A stretch of DNA of 63,772 bases, the filler included, from Corallochytrium limacisporum Hawaii (taxonomy: Eukaryota > Protista > Pluriformea), in the NCBI GenBank assembly GCA_002811645.1. It is 5 parts of 5 records of this genome, joined end to end, with 100 filler letters (N's around TTAATTAATTAA, not from the genome) between each part and the next. Parts side by side here need not be neighbours in the genome. Positions count along the whole stretch, not along the records: positions 15,825 to 42,933 come from PDIP01000099.1; positions 43,034 to 56,096 come from PDIP01000123.1; 3 more parts are not named here. One strand, written 5' to 3'. Of this stretch, positions 41,348 through 51,783 are shown in pieces (the first letter of the stretch is position 1; every line of letters begins with the position of its first letter). Both the position numbers and the translations under genes were made by a program. The notes beneath the pieces were generated by a model, which saw nothing but the letters and a program-made list of their open reading frames with translations, searched no databases and had not been told where the DNA came from.

Positions 41348-42478
41348 TTATTGCAATGTAAATTTGAGAGTACCGTAGCCAGCCCAACCGCCCATATCAT
41401 TGGTCCATGTAGTGTTGGTCGAACGCACGATGCCGGCATTATCGGGCATGCACTTAACACGAAGAAGAACGTCATGGGTACCCTTACTGAAGTACTCCTT
41501 GTCAAATCGCCACAGAGTCCATACATCTTCCAGGTCAGGGCGATCGTAGGCAAAATCTACGGACCACCAAGGTGTGCTGTTATCAAAACTCAGCTCAACG
41601 GTGTCAACTTTGCTCGTGCCACAAAACGCAGACCCTTCGAATATGACACTACGCTGATGCTTTCGGAACATGTCATTGCCGTCATAAAGCTTTCCTTCGT
41701 CTTCGAAATGGACGAAGTCATTGTTTATGGGTCGATGAAAGAATCCAGCTGGGCGAATGCGGCCATCAGTGGGCCAACCGTTCATCTCAAAAATATCGGG
41801 AATGTGCTCGTGTTTTGTTGCGAAATGGATGCGCTCAATCCACTTTGCATTTTTGACACCGTAGTGATCAGGCGTCAACGCCCGTAGAGGAAAACCATGC
41901 TTCGGCAACAATGGCTCCCCTTGGTAGGCCCACATTAGCCAGGCACTCTTGCCTTTTTCATACTCAATCCATGGAATAAAGTCATCACTGCAAAAGTACT
42001 GGATCTCTGACACAGTGTCAAGGACTTCTATCTCAAGGTCTGCCAGCAGACCCTGAAGAGTAATGCCATCCCAGATGCCATTGTCAATTGCACGCCAAGT
42101 ATTGGTTGCACCAATGCATTCCATTGTATGCTGTTTTTTTCCTGCACTTGGCATTGCTTGCAACTGGTCCATAGTCAGGACCACGGTTTTAGAAACCTGA
42201 CCACTGATTGTAAGGGTCCAAGTGTCGAGATCTACTTGCGGTGTTGTTGCACTGTGAGAGAGAACGTAAAATTCTTCTGCCGAAGAAAATTGTTTCAACG
42301 CACACCATATTGACCCGTCAACGCATTTGGGGGTCCAGTTGCGGACGATTTCCACTTTAAACATTAATGTCACCCATGCCGTCAAGGCCACGAACAACGT
42401 GAACACACTGATTGTCTCTATACTTCGCACTTTAGACTTTCGGTGCCATCTTACCACATGCTGCCGTAGGCGCCGCAT
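41348..42478 (-). CDS. Sulfite-oxidase-family molybdopterin oxidoreductase (Moco-binding + dimerisation domains only) with N-terminal membrane anchor
   Basis: FYVLSH...WTLTISGQV...LTMDQL, Mo-ligand Cys in TMECIG, IDNGIWDG, GEPLLPKHGFPLR...YGVKNAKWIERI. C-terminal Ig-like dimer domain (GSAFCG...VDTVELSFD...WTLWRF). No cytochrome b5, FAD or NAD domains. Confidence 0.88.
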   Translation of the reverse strand: MRRLRQHVVRWHRKSKVRSIETISVFTLFVALTAWVTLMFKVEIVRNWTPKCVDGSIWCALKQFSSAEEFYVLSHSATTPQVDLDTWTLTISGQVSKTVVLTMDQLQAMPSAGKKQHTMECIGATNTWRAIDNGIWDGITLQGLLADLEIEVLDTVSEIQYFCSDDFIPWIEYEKGKSAWLMWAYQGEPLLPKHGFPLRALTPDHYGVKNAKWIERIHFATKHEHIPDIFEMNGWPTDGRIRPAGFFHRPINNDFVHFEDEGKLYDGNDMFRKHQRSVIFEGSAFCGTSKVDTVELSFDNSTPWWSVDFAYDRPDLEDVWTLWRFDKEYFSKGTHDVLLRVKCMPDNAGIVRSTNTTWTNDMGGWAGYGTLKFTLQ

Positions 42479-42933
42479 ACTGACTACAACTTGCTATATT
42501 ACACAGAGAGGTATTGAAACAAAGCCTCAGGGAGTACAGTGGGCCTTTCGAATTCTCCTGCGGTAAGTACCTGGAGCGAGTGGGGGAACAGTACCGAAAG
42601 CGTCATCCACACCGCAATAGATTTCTTACCACTCCCGCTCATAAATCTTGCCAAAAGGGATAGGAGCTTCGATTCGCTTCATAAATCATAGAATCCAAAC
42701 AATCCGTCAAAGCCGTCACCATCTTACGCCCTTAATCCCCTAGTGCGGTGCATGTGATTCCTCTCTTAGACACGCGCCATATAAGAAAAGATGGAGAGAA
42801 CCAAAACAAGTCCGTTCAGCTAACCCGAACTTGCGCACTCCTCTATAACCCCTGGGCACCCCCGAAATTCCTACTGTCCTCGTCAATGCCTCCCGTTTGT
42901 ACGTGCCGCTGATTCCCAGTCGTTCCCCCCCCC

Positions 42934-43033
42934 NNNNNNNNNNNNNNNNNNNNNNNNNNNNNNNNNNNNNNNNNNNNTTAATTAATTAANNNNNNNNNNN
43001 NNNNNNNNNNNNNNNNNNNNNNNNNNNNNNNNN
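42934..43033. other. Scaffold gap with TTAATTAATTAA linker
   Basis: Ns with linker at 42978-42989, flanked by poly-C on both sides. Confidence 0.95.
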
Positions 43034-44718
43034 CCCCCCTTCGCAACCCCGGAGATGGTCCCACTCCCCCATATCGGGCCTCCCAGTTTTCACTGATCGG
43101 CATTAATGGCACCCTATTATGAGCACATTCTCGCTTTCCACGCACAAATCGAATCCCCTCCCTCGACGAACTGCCAAGACTATATGAGTAGGTGGATCGG
43201 CGCTCGAAAAGTGATCATTTGTGTGACAGTATTTGAAAGTAGTGAGCAAGGACCTTTGAAATAGAGTTCTTAGTGCGTATGGTACATCGCACCCGTCCTC
43301 GCTTCACAGGAGTCCGGACGGTATGGGAAGAGCCCCGGGGCCTTTCGAGAAGCGATGTCCGTCGTTGTCGTGAACATACTGCTGGTGATACTACTGCGTT
43401 TCTTTCAATCTCAAATGTGCTCTTGGCAGTACGTCGTCTGCATGTCAGGGGGATGTACGAATTCCATTGATTTTCAAGAAGTCGAAACTTGAACTCTTGG
43501 TTCCATCATCCTGGGATATCTAGCATGCTTTGTTATCGTTAACTCCACTAAATCTACTCTGAAAAGCACACCATACACAAATACTATCTGAGTGACGAGA
43601 CAACTGCATTCTGTGTGCATGGGTCCCGTGGCAGTGTACTCTGCGAGAGCACAGTGCGAGTGTGAGTGGACGGTTTCCGTCTCCTGGGATCCCCCGGGGG
43701 GGGGGGGGGTGTCCCCTGCCTTCCCTCTACACTTATTATGGGAAGTTTTTTTTCCTTCAAATGACAAATATGGCAGCGGGAGTCAGAAAAGAATAGGGGC
43801 CGGGTGCGGCATCTTGAACATGGTCCGTACGAGAGAGGCTGTACGTAGATGTTTGTACACTATGGGTCTTTGGTCAAGTTGACGGCATAGAGTGCATGCC
43901 GCACTGAGCGAAGTAGTTAATAGAGCTGTGCAATAAGTCGTAGCGAACAGATTTTCGCTTGGGCGGATGTTTAAGGGTCTTCATGGATCTGCGGTTGTTG
44001 CATGCCGCAACGCAGACGGGCATGCAATATACCTGCCCCCATCTACCCTATCACGAAGTGATCTAACAAAGTCGATTAACAAGAGACATATCTATTGATC
44101 GCTAAGTGGTTGTGCTGGTAAGGATCTTTAAAGGTGGTTGTATTGTTTAAAATATACTTTCAAAACAGATTGTTGAGAAAATGATGTTTAACAGTTATTA
44201 GAACCGAAAGGAGAAAGCGCCTCAACAATATGCACAGCAACTATGGACGGCGTCCGGGACACTGAAAGTAAGTAACAAAGACCTGCCACCATCATCGAAG
44301 TCTTCATAAGTGATCCATCATGCAGACAAATCTAGAAGGCTCATTAGCGAACAATGAGTCCAAGGACAGAGAAGTAACAGTATGGAAAAGAGGCTTATTT
44401 TGCCCTGCGTCTCCTTTCCACAATTTCCCCGTGAAGTCCTCGTACCCACCCGAGATGCCCGCTCCAAGCCCTTTTCAAATCCTCAGATTTGCCGATCATG
44501 ATCAAAATCAGACTGCTGGTTCGTGACAACATCCATTACAATCATTACTACACAGCTCCGTCTATCGCCCACAGTCTCTTTCTTCCGCGCTAGTACTCAA
44601 TGCACATTCCTTCACTCGGCTTAATACATGAAATGACTGATGAAATTGACATGAAAAAGGATACAGAGATTGGTGGGCAAATACCCACTCGATCAAGTCA
44701 AAGATCGAAGCATTTCAC

Positions 44719-47661
44719 TTACAACTTGTCATAGTACTGATCCAGAGCGGGGAACTCGACCTTCAGGCCCTTGCGCTTACGGGTGTCAAGAATGATCTGA
44801 CCAGGCTTGGAGCTCGAGTCTGTGACATCACCGGGCAGAATCTGCCAGTGATCGAACACAGCCTGAGGGAAGGCCTGACCGCCAGTGTTGGAGCGCAGCT
44901 CGGCAGTGAAACCGAAGGACTCGTTGACAGGCAGGTAAGACTTGACCATGTACATGGGAGTACCAGCAATGTTCTCTTCAGCGAAGACGTGACCACGACG
45001 ACGGTTGAGAACACCGTAGATACCACCCATAGCCTGCTCGGGGCACTGAATCTCGACGAGGTAGATGGGTTCCAGCAGCTTGGGGTTAGCAGTAAGCATG
45101 GAGGCGTACATAACACGGCGTGCAGTAGGGATAATCTGACCACCACCACGATGGATAGCATCAGCGTGCAGAGTGACATCGAGAATGTTGAAGCGGACAC
45201 CGCGGACGTTCTCGTCGCACATGACACCCTCCTTCATGGCCCACTGGAAACCAGCAACGCAAGAATCCTTGATTTCATTCAAGTACTGGACACCCTTGGT
45301 AGCATCGACCAGCAAGTTCGGACCAGTAGTCTCGGGACCGAAGCACCAAATTCTGCGTGCATCACTAGCATTCCAACCAAATTCATCAGCCATAATACGA
45401 GCCCTTGCCTTGGGGTCCTGCTTGGCCTCAACCTTACCGTCATCAATGGCAGCAGCGAGCTCCTCACCGAGAGGCAGAGCCTTCATGAAGATACGGTTGT
45501 GCTTGTTGGGAGACTTAGACAGACACATGATGTTGGACTCCTCCTCGACAGTCTCGCGGTAGGACACAACAGGGTCGGACTTCTTGAGGGGGATACCGGC
45601 GTGGTCCTCCTCCAGATCCTTCAAGCAAATCTCCAAATGCAGCTCACCAGCACCAGCAACAATGTGCTCACCAGATTCTTCCATGGAGATCTGGACCATA
45701 GGGTCGGACTTGGACAGACGCTTCAGACCTTCGACAAGCTTGGGCAGGTCACCAGCGTTCTTGGGCTCAACGGCAACACGCACGACAGGGGAGACAGAGA
45801 ACTTCATCACACGCATGTTGTGGGCCTGGTCGTAGGTGGTGATGGTACCGGACTTGACCAAGTAGGCGTCGACACCGACGAGACCACAAATGTTACCGGC
45901 GGGAACATCCTCAATGGCTTCGATGTAGCGACCCATCATGAGAACGGTACGCTGGATAGGCTTCAGGAACAGATCCTCCTTCTTGCCGGGCACAAAGTTG
46001 GGACCCATGATGCGGACCTTCTGACCGGTGGCAATCTTACCGGCAAAGACACGACCGAAAGCGTAGAAGCGACCCTTGTCGGAGGTGGGCACCATCTTGG
46101 ACACGTACATACACAGGTGGCTGTTGGGGTCACAGTTCTTGATGGCCTGGCCGAGTTCATCCTCAATGGGACCTTCGTACAGAAGCTCGGCTCGGTAGGC
46201 CTGAGAGGTGACGGGAGAAGGCAAGTGAATGGTAATCATCTGCAGCAGAGCCTCACCGGCGGGCAGGAACTTGCGCATGACAGCCTTAACCAGCTGCTTA
46301 CCCTCAAGATCGTTCTCCTCAGAGGTCAGCTTGATGTTGAGAGAGCCCAACATCTTGTTCAGCTTCTCGCGCTCAGACTTCAAGCAGGAGTCGAAGATCT
46401 TGTAGATGGGGTCCAGGACGAACTGCACGAAACCGCGCACGTAGCCATCACCGCCGGACTTGTTCCACTTGCGCTCCTTGGGGTTGAAGAAGTTGTCACC
46501 CCAGAGACGACGCATGAGCTTGGCCTCCTCAATCTTGAACTTCTCGCAGTAAATCTCAGCAAACTGCTTGAGGGTGAAACCCCAACCGTGCAGACCGGAA
46601 CCGAAACCGACAGTGGCGTTCTCGGGAGAGACCAGAATGTTACCCATGGGACCATCCTCGGCATCACCGTAGGTGGAGATAATTACGTTGATGGACTCGA
46701 CAATACGCTGGAAGGTGGTGTACATGTCTTCGGGGTCGAGCTGCAGCTCGAGCAGACCACGGTCCATCTTGTTCATGAACAGAACAGGCTTAATACGCTC
46801 AGAAATAGCCTGGCGCAGCACAGTCTCGGTCTGCACGCACACACCAGATACACAGTCAACGACGACAAGAGCACCGTCAGTCACACGCAGGGCAGCAGTG
46901 ACCTCAGAGCTGAAATCGACGTGTCCGGGAGAGTCGATCAGATTAATCAAGAAAGAGTTACCGTCATGCTTCTGGGTAACGTAGGCCATGTCCTTCTCGG
47001 CCAACTCGTAGAAAAGAGAGATGGCGGTGGACTTGATGGTAATGCAACGATCCTGTTCGTCCTGGCGAGTGTCGGTGAAACGCATGTCGCCGGCCTTCTG
47101 AGAGGCAATGATACCGGCCATACCGACCAGAGAGTCAGTCAGGGTAGACTTACCGTGGTCGACGTGGGCAATGACGGACATGTTGCGGATGTTATCCCGC
47201 TTGTCCATAATTTCACGGACCTGGTCAACAGTGAAATGAACCTGTTACGAATACAATTGATTGAAATAAAAGAGCTTGTTAGTATATCCATGCTGAAACG
47301 AGATGATAGGTAGTGGTGGAGACGGCTTCAGCTGATGATGGAAACGTGACAATAGGGATACCCGCTGGACAGGCAGGTGGGACATGCCTGTGAATCGCAC
47401 TCGAGCTTTGGCGAAACATTCATCGCTCCAATGACCACGTGACGAATAGGTACCGTGTCAAATTCGAGCGTTCCCTTTGTTCAAAGTTGCATAGATAAAC
47501 GGATTATCTTGTACCGCAGGAGACTGTGTTGCCGTCTGACAGCGTCACGTTCTTATGACAGCTGACGTCTTGCTACATCCTCCCAAATTGGCAAAAATCC
47601 CATGTGTTCCGTTCCTTTGTGATCCCAAAGCCTCCGCCATAAGGAATGTTTTACTTACCAT
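44719..47661 (-). CDS. EEF2: Translation elongation factor 2; exon 1 = ATG only (47659-47661), intron 47242-47658, exon 2 = 44719-47241
   Basis: [34 protein letters not shown] and the diphthamide loop [16 protein letters not shown]|GTAAGT donor and TAACAG|GTT acceptor restore the canonical N-terminus [15 protein letters not shown]. Confidence 0.97.
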
Positions 47662-49653
47662 TTTGAATGTTTAGGGGATTCTACTCTATTATAATTAGAA
47701 TGTGAGCGTCTTCATTTGCTCACTGAAAGATCCTAAGCGAACCAGCTAAACAGACCATGTGGTACGGCCAGAACATCTAGAATACCTTCTTTGGGACTGA
47801 TGATCCGGATCAAAATTGAAGAGTCCTGATAAACATTAAAAGCCACTTCCCATCCTGACGAAACACGCCTTCAGTGACATTTTGTCATTCACGTTCACCG
47901 AGGATACAAGTTATCTCAGGCAGCCCTCGCAAAAACACACACACAAAACACACACGAAGTCACCTTTTGGTCCGTTCCACCAAGCATGCGCGCAGACTAG
48001 CACCTGTTCGCAAACCTCCCCACCCCTTCCGTCTTTCCCAATCGGAGATAAAGGCTCTCCATGACGCACACGGGGCCCTATTCATTCAGCACCGCTTTCG
48101 GGATTTTACTCATCCCACCCACCCCCTCCACAACACAAACACACCACACACACACAAGCACTCTGACGAAGGAGATTGCCTGTGCGTGGACACACAGAAA
48201 CAAGACCAGCGGAGGGCCCCATTTTTTTTTCTGCTTTCTTTTTTTTTTTTCGCTCGTGGAACCCCTTACCTTTTCCCTGCTCAAGGCAGAGAGTGTGTGT
48301 GTTTATTCGTTGTTGTTTTTCTCACATGGTCAATTCCAGGTGCGTGGAGACACTCTGAAGCGAGTGAGTGTGTGTGTGTGTTCTGGATTCTTGCAGTGGA
48401 CGGTGTCTCAATCATAGCGCATGAAACACCGAGGCCAAGCGCATGGTCGAAGGTTAGAAAGGAAGTGAAGTCCTTGTTTTCTTTATGAGAGCCTGGCCAG
48501 TTCTCTCTCCCGCTGTCCACGGTGTCTACTCAAAGTAGTGCCCTTCGCGTGGGAGACGCACACTGCAAGTGATTCTGGTCATGCCTTCCATCACTCAAAC
48601 CACTCCTTGTTGCGTATTGCCGTCTTTCCGTTAGTTGCAATCGCACCTCCTGAACTTGATGTGTACTTTGGTCTTGACTTTTGTTGTCCATCCTTCAATG
48701 GTTTTCCACCCAAAACCACTCCACCTTGGTGTGCCGCAGTAAATGCCGACAGGTGAATATCCGTTGAGGATCTCCGTAGAGCATGAACAGATTTAATGCG
48801 TTTTCGACGGAAAGCCCTCTGTTTCTCCTTTTTTGATGCGGTCCCTGGGGACCTTTCCGAAGGAGGTAAGTTCCGGAATGGAGAGGGGAAGGATGGGACC
48901 ATTGTTTCATGAGGTTCATGGATTACGGGATCAGTGCTTAAAAGCACGACGTCTTCTTCTATTGCGCGTGACCGAATGGCATTTCACAGGTACCGAGAAT
49001 TTCAAGTCCGCAAAAAGCCAAGACCAGACAGTAGTCTTTCTGTGTTCGATGTTGTCTCCGAACAATTGCAATATTTCCCCTTCGCGTGGGGGCTTGAGAG
49101 AAAGGAGGCTGAGCAGGTGGGTGTCTTGAGGCTGACAAGCCAAACGTTGTTTAGGCTTCGAGACAGGATCAACAATAGCGTATCGACATATGCAAACATC
49201 TTCAAACTTCCTTTACTTATCACTCCAGGCCTGTGCGCTCCAGAGCATAGTCCGCTAACCGGGTATGTTAACTAGAAATGTTAGCAGGGAGCGGATATGT
49301 ATTTCATCTGTGTAACTTTATAGAGGCAGTGGATGGAGGGTGACTGTTTGTGTGTGTTTCAGACAGAACCGGGACTCCTCCGGTCCGCCAGAGGAGGGGG
49401 CCATGTGGGGGGGGGGCGGGGAGAGCCCCCTGGCGAAGTGCGTGAAGGAAAGGCTCAATTCCAAGGACGGGCGGTACTGAATGTACTGGAGCCAAAGATC
49501 CCCTACTCTTGTGATGGGGTTCTTGCGTTTTCATTAGATATACGGAGGTTTCAATTCAATTTAAATGAATTGAAAAATTAGGTTTTCAGTTAAAAAGTTC
49601 ACGGGAGACAGCCATAGTAAAGGTAGGGATGGAATGGAAGACGGTAGTTTTAT

Positions 49654-50048
49654 TTACTGACCAGCACCGGCCGCTTCCTGCTGCAGTGCCTGCTGCTCGG
49701 CGAAACGCTGACCAATCCGCTGGGACAGCTTGATGAACTTTGATGCGCAATATTCGATGCATGATTGCTGTAAGACGTAAAAAGTACGATGAAAAGAGAG
49801 TAACAGTTCCAGTGTTAGTAAATCTGAAGCAAATCGGTTGTTCCAACCCGAGGTCATGTCTGATATCGTGGATAGTATGTACTTACCTCATGGCCAGTAA
49901 TGTGCCGTACAGTGAAGTCTTCCACGCAATCTCCCACACATTTCTCTGTCAGACCATTGTAAAGGCGTAGAAAATCCTGCATCTGCTTCTTTTCCAGGAT
50001 CCGGGCCATCACTTCTTGGTCCCCTTGGGACATACCTGAGAAATCCAT
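49654..50048 (-). CDS. TIM9: Mitochondrial small Tim chaperone Tim9 (91 aa); exons 49887-50048 and 49654-49767, intron 49768-49886
   Basis: EKKQMQDFLRLYNGLTEKCVGDC...|QSCIEYCASKF...QRIGQRFAEQ. The GTAAGT...TTACAG splice gives a twin CX3C with the canonical 15-residue spacer. Confidence 0.92.
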
Positions 50049-50697
50049 GATTGTATATATATATATTGTATTCCGAACACCGCGACAAATCATTGACAAG
50101 AGAGAGCATTGAAGAAGACATGATGTTTTGTCTGAGAGTTGGTCATTGTATACCTGACACCAATCTCCGAAGAATGTATGTACGCACCCCGTCACAGCCA
50201 GTGCCGCAGCTCTTGCTCCGCCACCCAGAAGAGATTCAACTGCCCTCGGCTGGGCCCCTTCCAAGGCGCAGGGAGGGTGGAGGGCAGGGAGAGGTGGCCT
50301 GGGCCCCCACGGCCGCTACTTTCCCGTCTTGAGAACGCCATGTGAGAGGGCCCGGAAAGGGGGGGGGGAGACCTGCCAATGGAGACCAGACTGTTAAGCC
50401 TGCCAGTGACTGGCTGAGTTCTTGCGCACTGTAGCCGCAATGGGATGAGGCTGCTTACGATACATTTTGCTGCCGATGTTTGGTTTTCACAAGTTGAAAA
50501 AAAAAATTCAGATCTATATGTGAGCTATTTGGACATTGTCAGTTCATGGGCGTTTTGGATCGGCTGTGTCAAGCACGCTCGTGATGCTCAAGGCATTTTG
50601 ACACAGCGATCATATTACCTGAATAGGACATGTGAGTTTGAGAAAACTTGAACACTCCACCAGGAGCGTAGGTTTTATTAGTACTTCTGTTAGCATC

Positions 50698-51783
50698 ATG
50701 TTACGTTCAATAGTTTCCGCCACGGGTGCTCGCAACTTGGCGTACGGTGGCAAGATTTCTATTGCGGCATCACATGCAGTTCGAGCTACAACAGTGGCCT
50801 TAGTGAAGAGAAACATTCACATTACCCAGGTCCAACGGGGTCAAGTTTTGTTACCTGACGCACTAGACCATTTGGATACAGGTAAAGTGATGGAGGCACG
50901 GTACGCCCGCCTTCGTGCAGAGTCTCCGGGACCGGCCTTAGATTTTGGTTTAGCGCTACAAGACTTGCTTCCGGCTCGGCCAGTGCCCCCAGAGGAGCCT
51001 GCATGGCAGTTCTACGGGAAAATGACCGACGTACCATCCTCACCAAAGAATGTCAACGCCGTGCTTACTCAGATCCGGTCCCTTTCGGTGCCGGAGGCTA
51101 TCAAGCAGTTGCGTTTCAGCCAACGCATTGTCGCTCGGTACATTTATACTGCCATTTACGAGGCTGCCACAGAAGGACGCATCAACGCCTACAACCGTCG
51201 AGCAGTATGGCTCTGGGAACATGGTAAGTCGGAGTCAGACTATCCAGAGACACTACAACCTCGCCACAGCGCAGCCATCGGCAAGGATTTTGGACCTGTG
51301 AGCTGGGACGCTGACTTGACATCCTATCTGAGACATATTGATGAGGAGCTGGGCAAGCCGAACTGGCACGACTACGTCTTGCAATGCTCCGTGGCCAAGT
51401 CGGGCATGGATTTAGGGATTCGCTACCATGCGCGTGGTCGCGCAGCTCGTACTCGCAAGCGCCGATCCACGATCTTTGTGGCCTTGACTCCACGCATTCC
51501 AGACAGACCCATTCGGCACCCGAGCGTTCCAGCTCCAGTCTGGAAGCGCAAGGGTCTCATTGAGCGTAAGAACATGTCCAGGCGTCAGAACGCCAACTAC
51601 GACATATACTTGCCAGATGACCGCGGCAAGATGCCCCAGATGGCCCCGTTCCATTTGCCCGAGGGCGCAGGACATCATCTGGTCGCCAACTTCAAGCATT
51701 GGCAAGGCAGAGAGCAGTACGGTGGCCGCGGTAAGACTGAGGTGGAGAACAAGAGAAGGGATATCAGGGACTTCCGTATGTAG
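50698..51783 (+). CDS. MRPL22: Mitochondrial ribosomal protein uL22m with long insertion and extensions
   Basis: SSPKNVNAVLTQIRSLSVPEAIKQLRFSQR and IRYHARGRAARTRKRRSTIFV are L22 motifs. An Arg/Ala/Ser-rich presequence-like N-terminus starts from ATG 50698. Confidence 0.8.
   Translation: MLRSIVSATGARNLAYGGKISIAASHAVRATTVALVKRNIHITQVQRGQVLLPDALDHLDTGKVMEARYARLRAESPGPALDFGLALQDLLPARPVPPEEPAWQFYGKMTDVPSSPKNVNAVLTQIRSLSVPEAIKQLRFSQRIVARYIYTAIYEAATEGRINAYNRRAVWLWEHGKSESDYPETLQPRHSAAIGKDFGPVSWDADLTSYLRHIDEELGKPNWHDYVLQCSVAKSGMDLGIRYHARGRAARTRKRRSTIFVALTPRIPDRPIRHPSVPAPVWKRKGLIERKNMSRRQNANYDIYLPDDRGKMPQMAPFHLPEGAGHHLVANFKHWQGREQYGGRGKTEVENKRRDIRDFRM

Noticed and set aside
44848-47313. 821-aa ORF antisense to eEF2
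   Set aside because: Shadow ORF produced by the strong codon bias of a highly expressed gene; no protein-like motifs.
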